Source: an uncultured Spirochaetota bacterium (GTDB lineage: Bacteria > Spirochaetota > Spirochaetia > SZUA-6 > CAVTHK01). Taken from it: DNA of 64,000 nucleotides. This document shows positions 20,601-34,718 of the stretch, in pieces. The notes beneath the pieces are model-generated. The model saw only the letters and a list, made by a program, of their open reading frames with translations, was not told the DNA's origin and did not search any database. Numbering within the stretch: the first letter of the stretch is position 1; every line of letters starts with the position of its first letter. The position numbers and the translations under genes are program-made. The stretch is taken from NCBI GenBank assembly GCA_963734495.1, contig CAVTHK010000007.1:224001-288000 (forward strand), in the 5' to 3' direction.

Positions 20601-21696
20601 CTAGACGGCCTCCCCTTCCGGCCGGCTCGGCGCGGCCGCCGGCCTGGGCGCGGGAGGCTTCGCTTCGACCTTGGGCGGGGAGTTGTTCTCCTGCCTCTCG
20701 CCGAAGATGTTGTACACAAAGGCGCGGATCTCGTTCTTTGCGCGCAGCGATGGTTCGCGCGCCTGGATGTGCAGGACGGACCTGTTCTTTTTTTCGTCGA
20801 AGGTGGTGCCCCGCACGACTCCGCTCATCGTGATGGGGTGGTCGCTGATGCGGAACTGGAACTTCACGGGGAGGCCGACCTTGGCGCGCCCGCCGATCAG
20901 GAGGGCGGCGCCGTCCTCCGAGATGTCCACGAGGCGACAGCGCAGGCCGTCGGTGTTCTCCCAGTCGTCGGTCCCCTCCTCGATCGTGCGCAGCGGGTAC
21001 AGGTTGGCCGGGACGTCGGCATCCGCGCGGACACTCCGCCGCTTCTGCGTGCGCACGACGCTGTCGGTGTGCGAGACGTGGAGAATCGGGTACTTCCTGT
21101 CGGTGTAGTCCTCGAGGACCTTCGTCTGGCAGTAGTAGCCCGCGTCGCCCTCGCGCCAGAAGTTGATCGCGATCTGCTGGTTCTTCCAGGAGAAACCGGG
21201 CGGCAGCTTGGGCCCCTGCGGGTAGGAGATCGCCATGTAGCGCCGCAGGTTGTCTACGACCACCGAGGTGAAGGGGCCGAGGCTCGGCAGCAGGATGTTC
21301 AGGCGCTGCCGGTTGGCGATTTCGCGGGTGGTCTTGAGGCCCAGCGTGTACTTGGGCTGGTTGAACTCGACGCGTCTGCGGAACTCGAAGAGCTTGGAGA
21401 CGAAGTGCGACCGCCTCCGGAGCGCCCTCCTGGTTGAGGGAACGATAGCGGGTGATCACCGCGCGGATCGACCTGTCGAGGAGCCGGATGGACCAGAACA
21501 GGGACGTCGGGTTCTTGATGCGGTTGTCCACCGCCATGCGGCGCAGGAGGTTGATCTCCCCGAACCGAAAGCCCGACTCCCGGCCCTTCAGGTAGAACTG
21601 GATCCAGGGGAAGCTGCCCCCGCCCGCCCGACGGAGCAGGAGCACGAAAGCGACCAGCCCCAAAAAGACGAGAGCGGCGATGATCACGATCGCCAT
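20601..21696 (-). CDS. Membrane-anchored PilZ-domain (c-di-GMP-binding) protein (frameshift near 21410)
   Basis: QKRRSVR (RxxxR) and DISEDG (DxSxxG) PilZ motifs; N-terminal TM helix. Confidence 0.85.
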
Positions 21697-21772
21697 AGGT
21701 ATATTATCGAACCTCCCGCACCCGCACCTTGAGAGAATTGACAGGGGCCTGCGCCGCCCCTACAGTCCGTCC

Positions 21773-22507
21773 ATGGCGCCCGCGAACCCGGCTCTCGACC
21801 TCTTCTCGATCGAGGACCTGCGCTCGGCCGACGCCCTGAAGCGGCGCTACCACGAATTGCTCAAGCTCTACCACCCGGACAGACACGCGGGAAAGACGGA
21901 GTGGGCCAACAGGACGGTCCGGGCGATCATTGCCGCCTACAATACACTCAAACTCGCGGTGGGAACAGCGCCGGCTCGCGAGGAGCCGGTGGATCTCCGG
22001 CAGGTCTTTCAGTCCGGGGACGAGGCGCTGCGGCGCGCGGTCTCGCTCGGCTGGCTGAGGCGCGTCCCGCGCCAGCCGCGCGACAGGGAGCTGCGGCGCC
22101 GGATCGAGGAGGCCCGGGACGCGTTCCTCGAGCACCGGCGGCAGGGACGCCGGCCGGCGTGGGCGGGATTCTACGGCCGGCTCTTCGCGGCATTCCTCGA
22201 GGCGACGGACGCGGGCGCGCCGCTGCCGTACACATGGAGCACCCCTTACGCATTCCGCGACCTCAGGTCCGCGAACGCGCTGCTCGAGCGAGGCATCCGC
22301 GACTACTACCACCATCGCGAGCGGGACCGGCTCGGGACCCTGGGGGCGGTGGCGCTCTCGTACCTCGGCGATGCCTCCCGCTTCTACTCCTACATCAGCC
22401 GACGGCTGGAGCCGGGACCGGTCAAGGAGGTGGCCCAATCGAGGATCGCGATCGCGAAGGCCTTCCAGGAGCGGATCCGCAGCGGGGCCCACCTCGAGCC
22501 GGGCTGA
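21773..22507 (+). CDS. J-domain (DnaJ-like) protein
   Basis: LKRRYHELLKLYHPD..AAYNTL; TTGACA-N17-TACAGT ends 6 nt before the ATG. Confidence 0.8.
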   Translation: MAPANPALDLFSIEDLRSADALKRRYHELLKLYHPDRHAGKTEWANRTVRAIIAAYNTLKLAVGTAPAREEPVDLRQVFQSGDEALRRAVSLGWLRRVPRQPRDRELRRRIEEARDAFLEHRRQGRRPAWAGFYGRLFAAFLEATDAGAPLPYTWSTPYAFRDLRSANALLERGIRDYYHHRERDRLGTLGAVALSYLGDASRFYSYISRRLEPGPVKEVAQSRIAIAKAFQERIRSGAHLEPG

Positions 22508-23142
22508 TGCGGGACGCGGCGGAGGTGCTCGTCGTCTTCGCCGCCCTGTTCCTCCCCGGCTACTTCTCCGCGCCGCGCGAGGCGTTCGCCGGCGGGCTGC
22601 TCCTGTTTCTCGGCGCGGCCCTGTTCCAGACGCTGCTTCTCCTCTACCTGATGTCGTTGCGCGGTCCGGGGGCGCTCGCGAGGTCCGGAGTGCGAGCCCC
22701 CGGCGCGCGGGACCTGTTCGTGGCGGTCGCGGCCGCCGCGGCCCTGCTCGCGCTGTCGGCTTCCCTCGGCTGGGTCGCCTCGCGCCTCGGCGAGGCGGGG
22801 CGGCAGGCGCTCCCGCCCCGGCTGCCGGAGCTCGCAGGCGCGGCGCCGGCCGTGCTCGCTCTGCTGTCGCTCGTCACGGGGTACCGCGAGGAGCTCTTCT
22901 ACCGGTGCTACCTGGTCCCCCGTCTGTCGGCGATGGGCGTGCCGGCGGCTGCGAGCGTGGCCGCCGCCGCCGCGGTCTTTGCCGCGGGCCACGCGTACCA
23001 GGGCCCGCTGGCCGTCGTGCTCGCCCTCGCGCAGGGGGCCGCCTTCGGGGCGCTGCTGCTGCGGGGGACCAGCCTGCACGGGCTCGCGCTGGCTCACGCG
23101 CTGTACAACTTCATCGTGCTTCTTGCCCGCCCTGGCGGGTGA
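22507..23142 (+). CDS. CPBP (CAAX/Abi) intramembrane glutamic endopeptidase
   Basis: EELFYR, FAAGHAYQG, AHALYN. Confidence 0.88.
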   Translation: MRDAAEVLVVFAALFLPGYFSAPREAFAGGLLLFLGAALFQTLLLLYLMSLRGPGALARSGVRAPGARDLFVAVAAAAALLALSASLGWVASRLGEAGRQALPPRLPELAGAAPAVLALLSLVTGYREELFYRCYLVPRLSAMGVPAAASVAAAAAVFAAGHAYQGPLAVVLALAQGAAFGALLLRGTSLHGLALAHALYNFIVLLARPGG

Positions 23143-23278
23143 CCCGCGGGCGCACAGCCGCGGTCGCATAACAGCCCGGGCGCCACGCCATCCCTGGCGC
23201 GCCCGGGCACGAACATCCCTGTTCTTGACACCGGGACGGGGCCTGCCTAAATTGGCGGCGCCCGGAAAGGAACCCAAG

Positions 23279-23707
23279 ATGCACGATATCGAGCAGCTCC
23301 TCCCGCACCGCGCCCCGTTCCTCTTTGTCGACCGCCTCGAGAAGACGACCGAGGAGGAGATCGTCGGCTACCGGACCTTCACCGATCAGGAGCCCTTCTT
23401 CAAGGGGCATTTCCCCGGCTATCCCGTCGTCCCCGGAGTCATCCTCATCGAGACGATGGCCCAGTGCGGCGGGGCGGGGATTCGCGCCATGGGCACCCTG
23501 GGCGACGACGCCCTGTTCTTTCTCGCGTCCGTCGACAAGGTGAAGTTCCGCAGGCAGGTACGGCCGAACGAGACGGTCAAGCTCGTGATCACCAACCTCA
23601 GGGTCTCGGCGCGGACGCTCAAGCAGAAGGGCGAAGCGCGCGTGGGCGATGAGCTCGCCGCCGAAGCCGAGTGGCTGTGCATCGTGGGGAAGCAGGGGCA
23701 GACGTGA
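23279..23707 (+). CDS. fabZ: 3-hydroxyacyl-ACP dehydratase
   Basis: LPHRAPFLFVD, FFKGHFP..PVVPGVILIETMAQ, KFRRQVRP. Confidence 0.95.
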   Translation: MHDIEQLLPHRAPFLFVDRLEKTTEEEIVGYRTFTDQEPFFKGHFPGYPVVPGVILIETMAQCGGAGIRAMGTLGDDALFFLASVDKVKFRRQVRPNETVKLVITNLRVSARTLKQKGEARVGDELAAEAEWLCIVGKQGQT

Positions 23708-23803
23708 GCGGCGCGCCGGCGCGCGGGAGCGGCCCGCGCCGGTGATGCGAAAATCAGGCGGGCCCGACCACCGCATGGCGACCGGGCCCGCAGGAGCCGC
23801 GCC

Positions 23804-24016
23804 TCAGCGCGGTTTCCGGTGCGTGGTCATCTTCCGGAGCTTCTTCAGGATCTTCCGCTCCAGGGCTTTCTTCTTGCGGTTCTTCAGGGCCGAAGGCTTC
23901 TCGTAAAACTCCCGCTTCTTCCACTCGCGGATGATGCCTTCCTTCTCGACCTGCCGCTTGAAACGCTTGAGCGCTCTCTCAAGAGCCTCATCGTCGCCGA
24001 CTTCGATGTAGGCGAT
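23804..24016 (-). CDS. rpsU: 30S ribosomal protein S21 (70 aa; ATC start; absent from the ORF track)
   Basis: Manual translation gives (M)[49 protein letters not shown]...; GGAGG RBS 9 nt upstream of ATC. Confidence 0.95.
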   Translation of the reverse strand: MAYIEVGDDEALERALKRFKRQVEKEGIIREWKKREFYEKPSALKNRKKKALERKILKKLRKMTTHRKPR

Positions 24017-24022
24017 GGTACC

Positions 24023-24955
24023 TCACCTCCCTTCGTCAACGGGTGCAGAGGGCGTCATTATAGCGGCGAGCAGGGCCCTGTCAACATGGCCGGGGACCTG
24101 CGCGCCGTCGACGAACGCCTCCGGGTCGACCGCGACGCCCGAGACGCGGACCTCCCAGTGGAGGTGAGGCCCGGTCGCGAGGCCGGTGGAGCCGACCAGT
24201 CCGAGCCGGGCGCCGGCGGCAACCTCCTCGCCCTCGGAGACCGCGATCTCGGACAGATGGTAGTAGAGCGAATAGACCCCCGGCATGTGCTCGATGACGA
24301 CGCTGTTGCCCGACACGACGCGGTGCCGCGCCATCACGACCCGGCCCGCGGCGGCAGCGACGACCGGAGCTCCTTCGGGGAGCGCCAGGTCCACGCCGCC
24401 GTGAATGCCGACCATGCTCTTTCCATCGGACAGAAGGTACTCACGCACCTCGCCGTACGGCGAGCTGCGGCGGAAGCTGGCGACCGGCATCACGAAGGGG
24501 TCCGCGTGGGGGCTCGCGTCCGCGTCGAAGACGGCGAGCCGGCGTTCGAGCTCGGCGTTCTCGGCGTCCCGCACCGGATCGCGCCTCGTGAGCAGATCGC
24601 TGAGCGCGGCATCGAGGGGCAGCTGCAGCCTGTGGAACTCGCGCGGCACCACGGTGACCGGAGCGACCTCCCCCGCGGACCGGACCACGTACCGCCCGGG
24701 CGGGGTGCCGGCCGGCACGCCGAGGACGAATCCGTAGCGGAGATCGCGGACCCGGAAGAGCCGCGTGGCCGCGACGACGCGGCTCCCGTCGGCCTCGCGG
24801 AGCTCGACCGGCTCGAGCAGCAGCGACCTCTCGGACTCGCCCTCGAGCGTCCCGATCAGCGGGCTGCCCGGCGCGACGCTGGATTCCACATCGATCGCCC
24901 CGCATACCTGCGCCGCCAGGGCGGCCGCGGCCAGGGCCGGAAAAAAACGTCTCAT
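24023..24955 (-). CDS. M23 family metallopeptidase
   Basis: HGGVD, YYHL, TGPHLHWE; signal peptide. Confidence 0.92.
   Translation of the reverse strand: MRRFFPALAAAALAAQVCGAIDVESSVAPGSPLIGTLEGESERSLLLEPVELREADGSRVVAATRLFRVRDLRYGFVLGVPAGTPPGRYVVRSAGEVAPVTVVPREFHRLQLPLDAALSDLLTRRDPVRDAENAELERRLAVFDADASPHADPFVMPVASFRRSSPYGEVREYLLSDGKSMVGIHGGVDLALPEGAPVVAAAAGRVVMARHRVVSGNSVVIEHMPGVYSLYYHLSEIAVSEGEEVAAGARLGLVGSTGLATGPHLHWEVRVSGVAVDPEAFVDGAQVPGHVDRALLAAIMTPSAPVDEGR
24057..24084 (-). promoter_or_regulatory. Consensus sigma70 promoter for rpsU inside the 3' end of the M23 gene
   Basis: TTGACA-N16-TATAAT. Confidence 0.75.
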
Positions 24956-24959
24956 CGCT

Positions 24960-27063
24960 TCACGTCCGCTTCACATCGAGAATGCTGAGCTGCAGGCGTC
25001 TGGCGGCCCCGCCACTCGTTGCGCGAGAGCCGGTAGACCGACGTCGAGCGACGCGTCGACTACCAGCTCCTTCCCCAGCCGGTCTGCGGCGTCCCACCAG
25101 ATCGCCGGCCACTTGTGCTGCTCGCTCGCCAGCAGCAGCCGCACGTGGGAGGCGCCCTTCTTGCCCACGGCCTCGCACTGCACGATGCGCAGGCCCCGGG
25201 TCAGGAACACCAGCGGCGGGTTGCCTTCGCCATAAGGCTCGAACCGCTCGGCGACCTGGAAGAGCTCCGGTGTGAGGTACCGGGGCGGGATCTCGGCGTC
25301 GACGCGGATGACTTCGCTTTCCGGTTCGCCTTCCTCGAGCTCGCGCGCCGCCTCGTAGAAGCGCCGCTCGAACTCCGGCAGGTTCGGCACCGGCATGTTG
25401 AAGCCGGCGGCAAAGTCGTGGCCGCCGTAGTCGGTGAACAGGTCGGCAAAGGCGTCGAGAAAGCTCTTGAGGCGGACCCGGCCGCGCAGCGAGCCCACGA
25501 CGCGGTCCTCGAGGCAGGCGGCCACGAGCGCCGGGGCGCGGAAGTGGCGCGCGATGCGCGCCGCGAGGATGCCGGTCACGCCGCGGCTGACGCCGGCGTC
25601 CGCGACCATGACGAAGCGGCCCTCGGACCTGCGGTGGCTCTCGCGCGCCTGCGAGAGCACCTGCTCCCAGATGCGCTCCTCGATCCCCTTGCGCTTCTCG
25701 TTCGAGCTCTTCGAGCGAGGCGGCAAGCTCGACGGCTTCCGCCTGCTCGCGGGCCAGCAGCAGGCGCACGGCGCGGTCGGGCTCGCCCATCCGGCCCGAG
25801 GCGTTGATCAGCGGCGTGATCTGCCACATCACGGCCTTGGCGTCGATCGCGCTGCCGTGGAGCCCCTTGCGGTAGAGCAGCTCCCGCAGCCCCACCCGCT
25901 CGGTGCGCGCCAGGCGCTCCAGGCCGCGCTTGACCAGCACGCGGTTCTCGTCCCGCAGCGGCATGTTGTCCGCCAGCGTCGAGAGCGCCACGAGGTCCAG
26001 GCGCGCGTCCAGCTCGTCGAGCAGGCCGAGGCGCTCCCACGCCGTCTGCACGAAGAGGTCGCGCAGCACCTCGATCTCGGCCGAGTCGGAGGCGGCGCGC
26101 CGCGCCTCCGCGATGCGCAGCAGGCTCTTGCCTGCGAGCTCGGGGTGGCGCTCAGCCGCGAGAGGGGCGAGGTCGCCAGTGTCGGCGGGCAGCTCCACGG
26201 GCCTGCCGAAGCAGCGCGCGAGCAGCCGCGCCGCGAGCTCCAGGTCGTAGACGACGAGCCCGCAGCCGGAGATGAACGCGTTCAGGCCGCTCGCCTCCGC
26301 GCTCGAGAGGCCCGGCACGTGGGTCTCCGAGCAGCCGGTCCGTCCTCGACCAGGTTGAGCATGCGCACCGCCTCGAGCCGGTAGGCCTCGTTGATCGGCC
26401 GCACGTTCAGCAGCACGACGGGCTGGCCGTAGAAGTCCTTGCGCGAGAAGCGCAGCGCCCACGAGAGCTTGGCGGCCACGGCGCACGCGGACAGGTGCTC
26501 GAACGGGTAGCCGCTGTCCTCCATCCGCGGGTTGAGCATGGCGCGCACGACGGGCACCTGCCCGTGCGGAAGGTGGTGGTCCACGACGATGGTGTCGATG
26601 CCGGCCTCGGCGGCGGCCGAGATCTCGGCGATGCTCGAGACGCCGCAATCGACGGCGATCAGCAGCCCGGCGCCGGCGGCGCGGATGCGCTCGACCGTCT
26701 CGGCGCGAAGGCCGTAGGAGTCGTCGCCCAGGGGCACGCCCCACTCCACCTGCGCGCCGAGCTCCGTGAGGCTCTCGACGAGGAGCGCCGTCGACGTGAC
26801 GCCGTCGACGTCGCGGTCGCCGAACACGAAGATCCGCTCGCCCCCGTCGATGGCCTCGTTGATGCGGTCGACCGCCTCCTCCATCTCGACGAACTCGAAG
26901 GGGTTGTGCAGCAGCCACGGTTCCGACTCGAGGACGCAGCGGATCTCCCTCGGGTCGGTGACGCCCCGCCGCAGCAGGACGCTCGCGCTGATGAGATCGA
27001 TCCCGTGTCGCGCGGCCACGCTCCTCACCTCGGTGGGGTCGATGGCCTGTTTGTCCCAGCGCA

Positions 27064-27064
<1 letters not shown>
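24960..27064 (-). CDS. recJ: Single-stranded-DNA exonuclease RecJ (frameshifted)
   Basis: GDRDVDG, VDCG, VDHH, INASGRM, GSLRG, GGHDFAAG, EPYGEGNP. Confidence 0.92.
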
Positions 27065-28374
<1,310 letters not shown>

Positions 28375-28378
<4 letters not shown>

Positions 28379-28923
28379 GAGCCTGCCTCCAGGACCAGCG
28401 TCTGCAGCGGCCGGTACTCCGGGCCCTGCGGCCGGAGGATCGACTGGAAGAGGACAAGACGATCAAAGGTGAAGGTCAACGCCGGCCCGCCCGCGACCTG
28501 CTCCAGCCCGGGCTCCGGCCTCTTGACCCGCGCGAGCGTCAGGTGCGGGACAAAGGGGCGCGCCTCGGGGCTGTGGCCGAGTGCGGCGATCCGCTGCGCG
28601 TAGCGCGCCTGCAACTCGGCCACCTCCTCCGCGCCCTGCGCGAGCGCGAGGTAGATGACGCGCGGGGGCGCCCCGCGGCCGGGCGGGAAACGCCCCACCT
28701 CACCCGTCCGCGCCCGCACGGCGCTTCCGCGCACGCCGGCAAGGTCGTCCGAGAGCCGCCGCGCCTGCTCGTCGGGCAGCTCGCCGAAAAAGTGCAGCGA
28801 GATGTGCAGCAGCGGAGCCGCGACCCACCCCACTTTCGGGAAACGCCTGCGCCACTCGCCGGTCCAGCGCTCCACGGCCGCGGCCGTTTCCGCCGGCACC
28901 GGGAGCCCGGTGAAGAGCCTCAC
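28375..28923 (-). CDS. thpR: RNA 2',3'-cyclic phosphodiesterase (2H family)
   Basis: Two Hx(S/T) motifs: LHISLHFFG and PHLTLAR. Confidence 0.88.
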
Positions 28924-29738
28924 GCCAGCCCCCGCGCGGCCCGCTGGGGCTCGTCGGCCGGCCCGTGACCGCGGTCGGCGCCGCGATCGGAAGCCGCCTC
29001 CACGCTGACCGAGGAGAGCGGCACCTCGACCACGTTCTGCACCATGGCCAGCAGCAGCGAGCGCAGGGCGCGCTCCCCCGCCTCGTCCAGGCCGACGCGC
29101 GCCGCGGCCTCCAGGCCGAGCGCCGAGGTGTGCAGGAGGTAGCGGCGCGCGCCGGCCGGGACCGGCGCCGCGCCGACCGAGCGCGCCGCGCACCGCGGGC
29201 AGAGCGCCGCTGACTCGCCCCAGGCCATGCTCTCGTCGGGCCCCACCTGCCGGCCGCACTCGGAGCAGCGCTCGAGGTCCGGCGCCTCGCCGGTGAGCGA
29301 GAGGTACCGCCAGAGAAACTGCAGCGAGATGCGGCGCACCGTGTCGCGCGGGGCCCGCTCGCACAGCGCGAGCGATTCGCGCAGCAGGACGAAGAGGGGC
29401 CGCGCGCTTCCGCCGCCGGCGTACGACTTGAGGATCAGCTCCGCCCAGAGCGACGCGGCGTAGTAGCGGGCGAGGCTCGCCCTGATCCCGTGATAGAGGG
29501 AGAGCCCTTCCATGTCGGTGATCTTGTAGCTGCGCCTCACCGGGTCGTAGTACAGAAACACGCGGCTCAGGCAGAACGCCTCCGTGGTGCTGCGCAGGCG
29601 GCTGCCGATCTTCTTCGCGCCGTGCGCGATCGCGGACACGAGCCCCTCGCCGGGCGTGAAGAGGGTGACCGTCTTGTGGATTTCGCCGAACTGCCTGCTC
29701 TGGAGGACGATTGCCTGGGTGACGGAGTGGCGGAACAC
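28920..29738 (-). CDS. recO: DNA repair protein RecO
   Basis: AIVLQSRQFGE.HK.VTLFT..GLVSAIAHGAKK; C..C/C..C zinc finger. Confidence 0.9.
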   Translation of the reverse strand: MFRHSVTQAIVLQSRQFGEIHKTVTLFTPGEGLVSAIAHGAKKIGSRLRSTTEAFCLSRVFLYYDPVRRSYKITDMEGLSLYHGIRASLARYYAASLWAELILKSYAGGGSARPLFVLLRESLALCERAPRDTVRRISLQFLWRYLSLTGEAPDLERCSECGRQVGPDESMAWGESAALCPRCAARSVGAAPVPAGARRYLLHTSALGLEAAARVGLDEAGERALRSLLLAMVQNVVEVPLSSVSVEAASDRGADRGHGPADEPQRAARGLA

Positions 29739-29988
29739 CGCTTTCGATTGAACCACATCGCCGCGAGGTTTGTCAAAGCGAGCAGTCCGGCGCAGTCCGC
29801 CATCGGCCGTTCGGGCAGGCCGGAACCTGCCCGCGCGAGCGACTTGAGGCGGCTTAAGGGCACTTGCCCAGCGGCCCGGAGTGTGTTTACTTCAAGGGGA
29901 GCCCCTGCGCGCCCCGCCGAGCCCCCGAGCTTCAGCCGCGGGCGGAGCGCGCGAGAGCAGCGCATCCTATTGAGCCTGGAGGACCCTC

Positions 29989-32422
<2,434 letters not shown>

Positions 32423-32829
32423 CGAGGGAGACCTTCATCTCGGCGCCGAACTGACCGCGCGCCACGGGCCGGCCCAGCTCCCGCGCGAGGGCGGCGAGGA
32501 AGCGCTCGTACAGCCCCGAGGCGCGGTCCGCGGCCGAGGCCCTGTGGTACGAGGGACGGTTGCCTTTGCGCAGGTCGGCGTAGAGCGTGAACTGGCTGAC
32601 CGCGAGGACCGCGCCGCCGGCTTCGACGATGCTGCGGTTCATCATCCCCTGCTCGTCGTCGAAGACCCGCAGGCGCGCCACCTTGCGGGCCATCCAGTCG
32701 AGGTCAGTGTCCGTGTCGTCGTCGACGAACCCGGCGAGCACGAGCAGGCCCGGTCCGATGCTGCCCACGGTGCGGCTCGCCACCGCGACGCTCGCCTCCC
32801 TGACCCTCTGGATCACGCAGCGCACGGCG

Positions 32830-33843
32830 TCAGCGGCCTGAGAGCTCTGGGACCAGGCCGTCGGCCTCGACGACGTCGCGCTCGAGGTCGATGGGGCGGC
32901 CCGGCTCGATCTGCACGACGACCTGGCGGGCCGGGTTGTGGAACTGCACGTAGCGGCCCCCCGACCGGGTGTGGTAGAGCCCGCTGACCGGCCGGTGGCC
33001 GCCGAAGTAGAAAGCCTCCTCGGCTCTCTCGGGGCCCAGCAGATCCGCGAGCATCGCGTTCACGCTCCCTTTGCGGGCGCGGTCGTTGTCCGTCCACGTG
33101 AGCCCCGCCACCACGTCCTCGCTGCTGCGGTACTCCACGATCTCGTCGCGCGTAAACGCCCGCACGGGCTCGGCGTGCGACACGAGGAACCGCTCGCCGA
33201 CGGCGAGGAGCGGGAGGTTCTTCTCGAACCGGTAATAGCTCTGGAGGAAATCGGCTCCGAGGAAATGACGGACGTAGCTGGCCACCATCTCCCCCTCCTC
33301 CACGAACTTGACAAAGGGGTAATTGCCGCCCCCGGCCTCGTTCGCGATATTCTCGTGGTTGCCCTTGAGAAAGTGGAACGAATCGGGAACGGCCAGCTTG
33401 ACCCGCATCACGGCTTCCATGACGCCGAGGCTTTCGGTCATCTCCTTGTCCATCGCCGCGTGGTACTGCCACGCCGTCTGGAACTCGGAGTACGCCTCGA
33501 GCCAGCGCTGATAGGCGCGTGCCTCGCCGTGGAACCCGTCGCCCACGCAGACCACCTGCAGGCCCCCCTGCTGCATGCGCGCGAGCGCGTCCCATTCCTC
33601 GGAGAGCAGGACCATGAGCAGGAAGTCGACCCGGCCGTGGAGGTCCGGCACGAGCAACGTCTCGACGTCCGGCCGCAGCAGCACGATGCCGCCGGGCCGG
33701 CCGCCGCTGTCGGGCGGACGCATCTCGGCCGGCTCGCTCTCGAGGGCGGCGTTCGCCTCCTCGAGCAGTCTCACGTAGTCCTGCGGGGGCAGAAGACCGC
33801 CCCGCAGGGAACTCTGGAGCAGCGTCTCGCGCAGGGACACCAT
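32830..33843 (-). CDS. Calcineurin-like metallophosphoesterase
   Basis: PDLHG, VGDGFH, KGNHE, VSHA, GGH motifs. Confidence 0.8.
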   Translation of the reverse strand: MVSLRETLLQSSLRGGLLPPQDYVRLLEEANAALESEPAEMRPPDSGGRPGGIVLLRPDVETLLVPDLHGRVDFLLMVLLSEEWDALARMQQGGLQVVCVGDGFHGEARAYQRWLEAYSEFQTAWQYHAAMDKEMTESLGVMEAVMRVKLAVPDSFHFLKGNHENIANEAGGGNYPFVKFVEEGEMVASYVRHFLGADFLQSYYRFEKNLPLLAVGERFLVSHAEPVRAFTRDEIVEYRSSEDVVAGLTWTDNDRARKGSVNAMLADLLGPERAEEAFYFGGHRPVSGLYHTRSGGRYVQFHNPARQVVVQIEPGRPIDLERDVVEADGLVPELSGR

Positions 33844-33971
33844 GAGAGCCTAAGTCTACCGCACGGCGGGCGCATGTCAACCTTTGACCGACTTGGCCGA
33901 CACCCGGCGCCGCCTTCGCGCGAAATGCGGCGTTGACCGCAGGCGCGGCCCACGGTATTGTCGCCGGAGCC

Positions 33972-34056
33972 GCCGGAGTGGTGGAATGGGAGACACTGGG
34001 GACTTAAAATCCCCTGCCCCGTAAGGGGCGTACGGGTCCGAGTCCCGTCTCCGGCA
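33972..34056 (+). tRNA. tRNA-Leu(UAA)
   Basis: GCCGGAG/CTCCGGC acceptor, GGGGA-CTTAAAA-TCCCC, long variable arm; upstream TTGACC-N17-TATTGT (33933-33961). T-loop reads TCCGA. Confidence 0.92.
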
Positions 34057-34510
34057 GAGCGAAGCACCGTCAGGCGGTTCCTCCAAAGCAACACAGAAAA
34101 ACGAGCGCCCGGGATTGCGGTCAGAAATCCCCCGTGCGAGACTGCGGCATGCTGCTGGACCGCGAAAGCGCCCTGCCTGTGTGTCCTGATTCGCCGGCGA
34201 ACGCCTGTCGGCGAACGCCCTGCATCCCGGCAACGACTTCTACTGTCACTATGTGGTTTCCGGACGGTCGCCTGCCTGTTCACGTTCGCCGCGGCCCGCG
34301 GCTCGATCGCTGACAGCCAGGCGAACATCGTCGTGCTGTTCCAAGGGACGTGCTCCTCGGCCGGCGGCGGGTGCTTGCATGGATTGTCATCTCCACCGCC
34401 GCGATCGTTGCCAGGCTGATGGCGACAGACATTGCTGCTTCTCTCGAAGGTTCTCCCGAACATCCAGTCGGACTTCGACCCCTGCACCGATTGACGTGAA
34501 CCGAAGAAGA

Positions 34511-34539
34511 TTGACACATTCATCGTTGGCGCATAGGCT
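34511..34539 (+). promoter_or_regulatory. Sigma70 promoter upstream of the tRNA-like element
   Basis: TTGACA-N17-TAGGCT. Confidence 0.65.
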
Positions 34540-34547
34540 TACCGAGA

Positions 34548-34644
34548 GTCGGGCTCACGTAGCTCTTGCCGGCAGATACTGGGGTTCCGACTCAAGATCC
34601 CCCGGGCCGCAAGGCCTGCAGGGGTGCGAGTCTCGTCTCCGGCA
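34548..34644 (+). pseudogene. Degenerate tRNA-Leu(CAA)-like gene
   Basis: GGCAGATAC D-loop end, GA-CTCAAGA-TCCCC anticodon arm with insertion, GGGCC-GCAA-GGCCT variable arm, 3' end CGAGTCTCGTCTCCGGCA nearly identical to tRNA-Leu(UAA). Confidence 0.65.
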
Positions 34645-34718
34645 CAACGCCGGCTCCGACGGCGCGACGGAAACAGGCCGTTCCCGATCGCGGCAGACCG
34701 GTCCATGGGAATGAACAG

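Noticed and set aside
33972..34644. Intact integrative element between attL and attR at tRNA-Leu
   Set aside because: There is no integrase or cargo gene, and the second copy differs in anticodon and variable arm and has its own promoter. At most a remnant.
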